Positions 24,387 through 34,318 of a stretch of 34,318 bases of DNA are shown in pieces; the stretch's first letter is position 1; each line of letters opens with the position of its first letter. This DNA comes from Trichoplax adhaerens. Lineage: Eukaryota > Animalia > Placozoa. The notes beneath the pieces are model-generated. The model was not told the DNA's origin and did no database searches. It was given only the letters and a program-made list of their open reading frames with translations. The stretch is from NCBI RefSeq assembly GCF_000150275.1, contig NW_002060943.1:12494794-12529111 (forward strand), in the 5' to 3' direction. A program made the translations under genes and the position numbers.

Positions 24387-26075
24387 TGTGTACAACGAAC
24401 TCATCGTATTAATGTATTTCATGGATATTTACGTTATTCTTTACAAATATAGCCAAAGCAATATTTTTATTGAAAATTTCAGTAATTTTGTTTTGAACTT
24501 TTGAAATCGGAGAGAATAAAGTCTTCTTGAGATTAATATGTTGCTTCCTATATGGTAGTTTGATTGATTTTCCTGTAGATATTTCCACTGAAATTAGATT
24601 ACAGATAGAGGGGTAGGCTGTTAATAGGCTATCCTCAAACGTCTGCCATCACTTTATTCCGTATGATCCAGTCTAAAATTACTTTTCGTGTGGTATATAC
24701 TTATGATGCATAACTTTGAGCTATAGACAAGTTTTCTTTAATGTACAATAGCAAAATATGTACTCAGACCTTGGAATCGCATCGTTTTAACGGGGCAATT
24801 TTGAAGTAAAGAGACTTTAACAGCAAAACTTATTCCCTAATTATAATAGACTAGTAAATTACTCGTCTCAATGAACGAAGAGATAATCTATATAAAGCAA
24901 TAAATTAAAAGAAAATAAACAGATAGACTATCTTAGACAGGTTTATTTTGAGTTTACGTTTATAAGCAATTTAAGTGTAAATTTTGGGCCTGTACAGGTG
25001 TTGCAGCTAATCTGCTATCGATAATTCTTTAACATAGAAAAAGACAGCTAGGACGGAGAATTTATATGTACTGTATATATAATATTTAGTACTCTTTGTT
25101 TGCTGTTGATGAGTTATCATGGTTTAGAAGCTATTATACGTATACTTTAATAAGATACTCTTTTCGACTGCAATTATAATCACCTTTAATTGATATTTGA
25201 TATCTACAATAGTTTACAACATTGCAAGTATTCATCAAAATACTGGCAGTGAATTTTTTATTTACATCTTGTACTTTCTTACCTTGCTTGTAATACCATT
25301 ATTTTAGGTAGGGCGGTATCAAGCTAGTAAAAATAAACATTGACTTTTGAGTCAGAAATTAAAGACGTAAAAGTCTGTTGTTTTGTAGATTATCGTTAGG
25401 CTACGGTATCTTTTCTAGTCCTCTCAATTCGCTAAATCTTATTAAAAGATGTATTACCGAATCAATATAAATTGGACGAAAGAATTTCTAATTTATCCTC
25501 TACTTAAAATTGTTCCATATCATGTAATGGCTGTAATTTCTATCTTTATATATCTGCAACTGAACGATAAGTACTTTACAAAGCCTAAGCTAATTAGACA
25601 CAAGAAAAGACAAAAATTTCAGAAAAGTAAACGATTCCGAAGACGAAAGGTAGTGTTTAGTATTGAATGTTTTGCCTTATATTCATAATTACTTCAAAGT
25701 AAACGTTTTACAAATCTGATATTTCTTATTCAGTTAGCTCAGCAATCGATTAAATCACTTAAAATATTAATAGTAACTCTATGAAATAAAAATTCCTTTA
25801 CTCTATGAAATCTTTATTCAAGATGAAATGATGTTGTAGCATCAATCTAGAACAGTCTATGTGTTAATTATAATCGATGAAATGATAGCTATAGAGTATG
25901 GGATCTAATACTGTAGTCGAATTTTTTGCTCCCTTATATTAAAATCTGTAGGATCAATTGGTCAACGTAATGTTGTGTCGGCTGATCATGTCATGATTGT
26001 TCTGTTATTAAGGCTAGGATTGATCATCAAGCATTGCCTTCGCCTTCTCCGTCATACGAAGGGCAGCAGTATCAT

Positions 26076-28522
26076 ATGGGTGATCTTGGCAAATGCGAGT
26101 ACCAAATTATAGACTTAAGGTTAATCTTTCGATTCTTTCTAGTAAGATTTTATGAAATGGTGTTTGATTATTAGAATTATTTGATGATGGTTTAAAGGTG
26201 ATGAAAGATTGATAACTAGCAGAGTTACTCCTAAAATTAAACATTTAAAGCTATTGCAGTCAAATTCTAATTTTGGATTGCATTATAGTCGACTAGATTT
26301 AGCAAACTATTCAATTAATTTAATTCCCAAAGCAATAAAAGGAGTGGAATATGTAAGTGGAGCTACTATCAGTATACTCTTATTTACGTATGTAATTCAA
26401 GAAATGAAGGTAATAACTTCAGCTTCTTTCGTTAAAATGATCGTAAGGATGAAATTAATTTAGCGGATAATAAACTGCAAGAAATATCTGATGAAATCAC
26501 TCAATTAATAGCTTTAAAGTATTTTTATATATCAGGAAATGGCTTGACTTCTTTGCCGGTAAAACAATTTGATTAGTTCATTCCTCCTTTTGTCTTTAGC
26601 TCTCTACTACAAGACTTGAAATTTTGTAAAGTGTTGATCTATATATTTGATTTTATTACTGTCCATACAGACTGATATAGGATATCTATCTAATCTTGTC
26701 TGTTTGGATGTTCAGTTTAATGCGATATCGGCTTTGCCAGGTAAGCGATGTTTTAGGCTACTGATGAATTTAAAAAGCAGCTTGTGAACACGCTGAATGT
26801 AGGATTTTTATATACTGATATTCTTTACTCACGATCTTGCAACATCCTTTAGATTCTATCACTTTACTCAGCGATTTGGAAACTTTTCAGTGTCATCATA
26901 ACAAGCTAATAGTTTTACCTGTAGCAATTGGAGCGTTGCATTCTCTTACTTTGTTAGATTTGAGGTATTGAAAGTGAAATATCCTAAGAGCTAGACAAAA
27001 TATCTTATTAAATTTCTACATTTTGACTTTCAGTATCGAATGATAGAGAGGGAATTTAGCATAGCTAAATAACTAAATAGCTTGCTTATAACCTTTTAAT
27101 AGTTGATATTTTAATTATTTTACTTCTTACCAAAGCTACAATCATTTGGAAGAACTACCTCAAAGCATAGGAGAACTTTATAATTTAAAGGTAGCTTTAG
27201 AATTTAATAAATACTTTTACTCCTTAAAATGGAATATTCAATCAACTAGTATAGATCTGTCTCTACATTATTTCTAAACTATTCCCAGCAATTATACTTG
27301 GATCATAATCAGTTACGTTGGCTACCCGTTGAAATTGGTAACTTATTGAATTTGCAAGAGTTTTACGTATCATCATGTTTCCTAAAACGATTACCGAATT
27401 CCATATGCAAGCTAACCAACTTGAAAGATTTGATTTTGGACGATAACAGGTGGTTTTCATCTTTCTAAGATATTAAACATTATATTATCAACAGCGCTGG
27501 TTCCAGAGCTACTATAAATTCAATTTAATGCTAGGAACCATTTTTACGTGATACTATCATAATTCAATACACTAATTACAAAGATTGGCAAATTGTTCCT
27601 AAAGCTCATGAATTATTATCGTCTTCAATAACTTTGCTAGCATATTATTTCCCATTGAACAGCTTTAGTTGTAAACTTTATTTGTTATAACGCCAGTACA
27701 TCTCCAGACGTTTCGATAGAATTTCATCATGACGAGATCCATATCTACTGTTTCATCAGCTTCTACTCCAATTTAAAGCCATAGTAAATGAAAATAAAGT
27801 ACCTTATAACCCCAAGAGCACGCTATTAAATATTCTGAATGTGATCTTGGAGGTTTTTAGATACACGATATTATCTAATCCAATATAACGCAAAATTTAT
27901 TACAGGCTAGTTGAGTTACCACCTAGAATTGGAGATTTAACAAATTTAGTTACTTTATATCTTCGACGCAATCGGTTGAAAGGGTTTCCGCTCTCATTGG
28001 AATTATTGCCGCATTATGTTAACCTACAAGGCAAGATAGGATCTATGTTAGATGAATGAGTAATTTGTTGTTAATACTGTAGAATCGACTACTGTGTTTT
28101 AATCATGATAATTTTATTTTAGTCAGCGGAAATCCTTTACTAAGGCGCCATGACGAGCAACAAATCAAGAAATTAAAAGTTTCCTACATAATGAATGTGT
28201 CTCCGCTGTTTGACATTGCAGCTACTTACGTCAAGAAGAATTTAAAACTAGATGTAAATGTTGTTCTATCTCCAAAATTGCAAGGTAAATTCTAGCTACT
28301 CTTTGGCATGATGAGTAGACTTACATTTCATCATACGTACAATTTTCTACTAATCTTATATTATTTTACGCAGACATCATTACTAACTGCTCCTATTGCC
28401 ATCGTTGTCAACGACCATTATTTAAGAATTATCAAAGTGATTACAAGATTTATTATCATCTTGGAATTGGATATGGCTTGATCCTATATTGGCAGTACTG
28501 TTATTCATGTTGTCTGCGCTAA
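26076..28522 (+). CDS. Leucine-rich-repeat protein, LRRC28/LRRC58/LRRC69-like (about 10 LRRs, BC/SOCS-box-like segment, Cys-rich C-terminus), ~10 exons
   Basis: Spliced LRRs include INLADNKLQEISDEITQL, LDVQFNAISALPDSI, LYLDHNQLRWLPVEIGNL, LYLRRNRLKGFP and VSGNPL. These are followed by VSPLFDIAATYV..LSPKLQDII and CSYCHRCQRPLF...YCYSCCLR*. The start codon is uncertain and upstream exons at 25.3-26.0 kb are possible. Confidence 0.82.
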
Positions 28523-28891
28523 ATTTGTTTGTAGATTATAGACTTATGGAAATGGAAGTTTGCGATGCATTTTGCCAAATGTTGTCACTTTTAAATAAGA
28601 CAGCTTTACTTGCTGTAGCCTATAGGTTGTAAAAATTACAGACTTTTTACTACATTGTATATCTTTTGCAAGAAGATAACTTTCTGAATTTCATTTCTTT
28701 ACGATCATTAATACATCACATAGCTTCTTTAGTTGCTAGGTTTATAAATCGGTTAAAATCGCTGCGTTATTAAACACCTGCAAGATATACCGCACAATCT
28801 GTTTTGAAAAGGAAAAGAAAAATGTAATGATTGTACTAATGGATCATCATTTAAGGCTAATAAAGTAATAGTAATTTAATTAGTTATTGTC

Positions 28892-29122
28892 TATGCTACT
28901 TCCTCCTAAAATATCAAGGTTTTGGATATGGATAGGAAAAATTGGTCAACTCAGACGAGCATGTGTCGCTATTTATGATGAGTAAAATGGTGATACGATT
29001 GCATTGTATATTTTACTATAGTATATGTTACTTCTTCCTAACATGTTAAGGTTTTGGATATGGATAAGAAAAAACTCAATACGGACGGGCATATATCGTT
29101 GTTGAGATGAATAAAATGGTGG
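28892..29122. repeat. Two diverged direct repeats of ~100 bp spaced 132 bp apart
   Basis: tatg.tacttc.tcctaa.at..aaggttttggatatggata.gaaaaa...gatga.taaaatggtg occurs at 28892 and 29024. Confidence 0.8.
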
Positions 29123-29259
29123 TATCAGAATAACGAGACTATTTACAAATATGAAAAATCGCTTAATATAAATTTGCCGGTTTTCAGATCATAATCATTC
29201 CCGTATAATCAAAATATTGCGCATGGGACTTATATACGAGTGCATAGTCAACTGTTAAA

Positions 29260-30788
29260 GAATGAACAGGCTAATTTTCTACGCGTAAGAAATCTTTTCA
29301 AATTAGAGAGTTACTTTTTGACCCCCAATCATCCTGATGTTGCTGAATTATGTAACAATTATACACTTTGAGTACAAACGATCATGAAAAACCTATTTCT
29401 ATGCATGAGAATGCACTCAGTATTTGTTAATCAGTCTTTAATCACAATCATTCTGATATTGCTCAACCATGAAACAACATAGAAATTAAGCATTCTCGAT
29501 AGAATAGTTTAAATAAGCTATTTCGATGCATGGAAAATTACTCAAATTGAACTATCAATTCTTGTGGCAGTCACCGCTATGCCGCTTAATCATAAAACAA
29601 CATTGGAATTGTTCACTATGACCTGAGTAAATATGGAGAAGCTGTTTCCAGGTATAAGAGTTCACTCAATATCAATTATAAATAATTATCAATGCATGGT
29701 CATGATTATCCCTGTATTGCCTATTTATATAGCAGTATAGAAGTTGCGTATGATAAGAATAGCAGGTATCAAGAATTTATTTCTATGTATTAGAAAGCAC
29801 TCAAAATTCTAGTGTCAATTTTCGATTGCGATCATCCCGATATTACTAGTTCATATGACAAGGTGTGTTTATGTAGATCATGATATATATATGAAGAAGT
29901 TAATTTAATATATAAGAAGCCGCTCAAAATTCAAATATCAGTCTTTAATCCCAATCATTCTGATGCTGCTCAATTATATAATAATCTAGGAACCGTATAT
30001 TCCGAGCAGCTAAAGCATGAAGCGGTCATTACTCCGTAGGAAAAAACACTCAGAACTAATCGTTTAGTCCGTGATCATAATCATCCCTGTATTACCCGAT
30101 TATGTAAAAACATGGGAAGTACCTAAAGGCAATAGGGCAAGCATGAAGAGATCATTTTATGCTTAAGAAGTCACTAAAACTTTGATTATCAGTTCTAGAC
30201 CATAACCATTCTGATGTTACTAACGCATGGAATAACATTAGTCTTAATTATAATGACCAGGGTAAGCTTAAAGAAGTAATTAATACGAATATGAATACAA
30301 AGTCACTCGAAATCCACAATTACCCCCAAAATGCTGGATAATACGTGTATAGTAATATGGGAATATTTATCAAGACCAGAAGAAACAGGAAAAGGTTATT
30401 GCCATGTATGAGAAATTACTCGAATTCTATTTTCGGTCCTTAGCGACGATCGTAATGATTTGCTGCAACATACGCGTATTGTAATCTGGACAAGTATGCA
30501 AAGGCTATTCCTATACTTTGGAAATCACTCCAAATTCGATTTTCAGTTCTTGATTATCATTATTCTGATGTTGCTAAATCATGTAACAACTTAGGCATCA
30601 TTTATTTTGATTAATGCAAGCACGAAGAAGCTGCTTTTATGCCATATAAGTCGCTTTAGCTTAAATTGCTATTCTTATATCAGAATCATTCTGATATTGA
30701 GATGGCCAAAAGCAATTTGGCCCATTGCAAGCTTGTTAATCCATGGATTTCTAAAGCTTACAGAAAAACTTTTTTAGCCCATAATTAA
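29260..30788 (+). pseudogene. Decayed 42-aa-TPR array pseudogene (~12 units)
   Basis: NHPD/NHSD-encoding blocks (aatcatcctgat, aatcattctgat, etc.) recur about every 126 nt from 29327 to 30684, flanked by KSLxIxxSV and YNNLG-like remnants. There are many stops and indels. Confidence 0.88.
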
Positions 30789-32279
30789 TCATTGATTTAT
30801 GTGGCCATAACAACTTCAAATTGAAACATAGCACTTTCCAATTAGGTTTATAATAATAAAGAAAATAAAGCTAGTAAAATTTACTTGAAATCAAAGCCGG
30901 TATTGTGAGGGCAACAAATTAAATACAGCGAGTTAAATAACATAATTTGTTGCACAGATAGTATAAGGTATATTGTAGGAATATTATCAGTTTGTTAAGG
31001 TTAACGTAAGTTATTTCCTAATAGGTCACCTTTATTATTACATGGAAATGTTCAATTTTTGCGGCGTTAAGAAATCTTTATAACCATCATTAAGTATAAT
31101 TAATAAACTGTAAATCCCGCTAGCCTATCTGAGAACCATTCGAAACACGTAAATGTGTAACTAACTTATACACTTTGAGTTATTTTGCAGTTACATTTGC
31201 TATGGGTCGGTTCTGCTTAGCTCCATTCGTAGGTGATGATGATTCTGAGAATAGTTAGTTCTAAGTGCAGCAGTCAGTCGTGACCAATGTTAGATATAGT
31301 ATAATTTCAAGGCCAGCCGATTATGCTACATATGCTTATTTTAATGAAGTAATTAAGACGATTGTAATTGACTATTTGTATATACAATGAATAGCAATGT
31401 CAATTGTACGAAAATTGTTTGTATAAGAGTGTGCATACAATTAAAATATCGAAAACAAATATTATGCTTACTTGAAGTATGCGGAAGTGAGATTTCGCGG
31501 AAAATAATGTGTCAATACTGTTAATTAATGTACACACTAGAGTGCCCAAGTTGCAGTAAATCACTACCTGATGTAATACAATTATTAATAATTTACAGCA
31601 GAAGAGAGCCGTAATTAGACATGAAGTATTACTAGTGGGATATTCTACTACTTAATGAAGCTATTACCAGTTAACGTGTTCAATCTAATTATATTAAAGC
31701 GATGTGATCAAGATAGCATCTTGAAGATATTTATTAGATATATGGTCGTCATGTAGTTATAACGTTATATTTTGCCATAAAAGATTGTTACATTTAAACT
31801 ATTGGAATATGTTCATATACTCGTTTTTACGTACCCTTAGCACTGTTTAATAGTCTCAATTGCACTCAGAACTAACGCTAAATTCCTTTTTGGCTTTAAT
31901 CATGATCATCTTAAGATTTTAATGTCATATGTTAATTAATTAATGAATTCTATCATAATGAATAAGTTGTTTTTAAATCGAAGTAATGAGGGCAGTTGCA
32001 AAACCATAGCAACAATGACATAGATGATTCCAACAATACTAATTTGACAAATAAAGATCAATACTTACTTAATTATGGCGATTTCTGTATTAATTTCAAG
32101 GTCCTCCTACTGATTTTGTAAGGAAAATCTCCAATTATCCTTTAAGGTCAAGAAGCATGCCATTAATAAAGACGCGAATATCTAAAAGGTGCAGTTTTGC
32201 TCTCTTAGAGTCCGTATTTCAGAATATTCTATTTACAAGACGATAATAGAAGATAGTTGACCCCATATCTTCTCCAAAT

Positions 32280-34318
32280 ATGGCTACTAGATATAGCGAA
32301 TTAAAAATTTTTCAGAAAATTCAACTCCTATATGAAGAAGGCGAGAAGAAGTATATAGCGCAGGATGACCTAAATGCAATCTCAAATTACGAGCAAGCTC
32401 TAGATCAAATTCAGTCGTTGCCAAAAAAGGATACTGATCTAGAACTCCAGTATAAGATTAATCTTCGGATTACTGATATTTATATTCGGCATGGCGAATG
32501 GAGTCAAGCTACTAAATTTAGGCAACATGCTCTATATATGGCTAATAGAATGAAAAATCAGGTCTACATTGCCGATTGCATAGACAGGCAAGGAGACATT
32601 AAAAGAATGACTGGCGACGAAAGTGGAGCCTTATCTGATTTTCGGATATCACTGGATATGAAGTTAAAATCACTTGATGGCGACAATTTAAGCATTGGTG
32701 ATACCTATCATAAAATAGGACGTGCCTACTTTAGTCAAAAAGAATATAATAGGGCACTTTTAATGTATCAAAAAGCACTTGATATTCGAATCAGAAAGCT
32801 TGGTGATGATGATCTAATTGTAGCTCAATCCTATCATAATATAGGACTTGCCTATAGCAACCTAGGCATGCTTGAGATGCTATCAATATGAATAAAAAAT
32901 CACTTGAAATAAATCTTGCCAAGCTCGATAATGATCATTATCACGTTACTACTTCTTACGATTTCATGGGAAATTTATATAAGAAGAAAGGGGCGTATAA
33001 AGAAGCTCTTGCAGTGTTTAGAAAAAGTCTTGAAATTAGATTGCAACGGCTTGGTAGTAATGATGTTAGTGTTGCATCATCGTATCGAAATATAGGGCTT
33101 CTGCATCGTAGCGCTAAGCAAAATAATCAGGCTATACGGATGCTTGAAAAAGCAATCGAAATTTTAACTTTTAATTATGGAGAAAATCACCGAAACATTG
33201 CCAATATCTATAATGAAGTAGCTACATGCTATAGTCATTTGCATCAGAAAGATGTAGCCGCGAATATAAGACGAAAGGCTGATAGCATTCGTAAAATTTT
33301 AAGTCATTCGCCACAGAAGAACAGTCACCGAGTATTTCAACCACTTAGCCATGTTTCCCGACAATCAGAAGGTAAATTTCTATGCATGCGATTAGTACAA
33401 CTATATTTATAATTAATTTCTGCTTAGTACTGTATATGTCATCCACTTTTTTTCTTTCTATTGCAAAATATGCACTTAATTTCTAAAACAGAAGATGATT
33501 TTAGCTGCTGTTTCATCTTAAATAGTCGTGTCGTACTAAAGGCAACGGAAATCTTGACCATTAGTTCTTAATTAGTTATGATAATGTGCACGTATGCTAA
33601 CAGGTAGTTTATATCTAATTCATTAAAATAAGCAGTCTCTCTTGTACTATTCTTGACATCGTTTAAATCACATTTATTTCGTTTGAATCACTCTGAATGT
33701 AGGTCATGAAAATGGCCAATCAGTCTTTCAGCAAATTGAGACTAGAAGGGATAGAAAGAGTAGCGATCATGGTAAATATAAGAAACCTTAGTCATTCCCT
33801 GGATATCACTGCACATTCGTAACCTTTGCTCCACTAATAAATTTTTATTTTTCTATCTGTTGTATATCATATTTGAATGATATTTGGATAGGTACTGGTA
33901 TACAAAGCAAAAATTACTTAAAAGCGTATAATAGAGCAATAAAGCAAGGAAAGCGTCGCAATAATTTGATTCGTGCTATGTTTGTTGGGCCTCGTAATGT
34001 CGGTAAATCATCGATTATGAGAGTTTTCACTCAACAAAGGCTAAGCGGTCATGACTCACCGACACAAGTTGCTGAATGGTCGGAAAGAATGATCAAAATC
34101 AATGCTTATGACATTTATGATGGGAAATTTTGTGCTATGAGTGAAATATTAGAAAAAAATGTGATCGCGTCTATAGAAGAATCGCCTCAAGTTACCAAAG
34201 AGCTTGATGACAATCCAAACTTCAAGAAGCAGATTATCGAAACTCCCATATTAAGTAAAGATAATGCGCAAGCTGCAACAAACAAATCATCATTAAATAA
34301 TCTATGCCTCGACTCTTC
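32280..34318 (+). CDS. TPR-Roco-type protein (N-terminal TPRs followed by a Roc GTPase), 3'-incomplete; carries a 1-nt frameshift near 32876 (pseudogene or sequence error)
   Basis: ORFs 32280-32891 and 32888-33412 join as LGMLE(D)AINMNKKSLEI if one base is restored. Phase-1 splices 33371|33703 and 33771|33892 lead to YLKAYNRAIKQGKRRNNLIRAMFVGPRNVGKSSIMRVF, with Walker A at 33987-34010. The frame is open to the window end. Confidence 0.78.

Noticed and set aside
25968-26075. Selenocysteine read-through of an in-frame TGA in a Cys-rich stretch upstream of the LRR start
   Set aside because: It is preceded by an in-frame TAA, and no convincing SECIS was seen.
18818-27460. Minus-strand ORFs 18818-19114, 19209-19400 and 27263-27460, and short plus-strand ORFs treated as separate genes
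   Set aside because: They are antisense to, or exon fragments of, TTC27 and the LRR gene.
27720-27840. Intronic C/D snoRNA (atgacga...ctga)
   Set aside because: Box C is imperfect, and no terminal stem or recognisable rRNA guide was found.
1-34318. Prokaryotic operon, tRNA or rRNA genes
   Set aside because: Spliceosomal gene structure occurs throughout, and no tRNA or rRNA signatures were recognised.

Overview
AT-rich, intron-dense eukaryotic nuclear DNA. Short GT-AG introns, a 42-aa TPR expansion and a TPR-Roco gene suggest a placozoan such as Trichoplax, but this is inference. Conserved genes are a ~27-exon TTC27 (18799-24386 +), an LRRC28/LRRC58-like LRR gene (26076-28522 +) and a head-to-head pair of MLF/HAX1-like paralogues whose shared promoter has heat-shock-element-like motifs. 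Around them lies a fast-evolving family of four 42-residue-TPR loci. (1) A 918-aa protein with ~11 near-identical 126-bp repeats that vary almost only at 7 codons, six of them in helix A, followed by a Q/E/K stalk and a hidden hydrophobic tail. (2) A stand-alone 367-aa TPR protein. (3) A decayed ~12-unit TPR pseudogene. (4) A TPR gene with a 1-nt frameshift that splices onto a Roc GTPase P-loop exon (TPR-Roco) running off the window end. Also present are an intron-retaining JKAMP pseudogene, a ~580-bp duplication leading into a polarised 136-bp tandem array, and a possible GIY-YIG endonuclease relic. The best candidate for an undescribed system is a recombination-diversified TPR recognition-receptor family coupled to Roco signalling.
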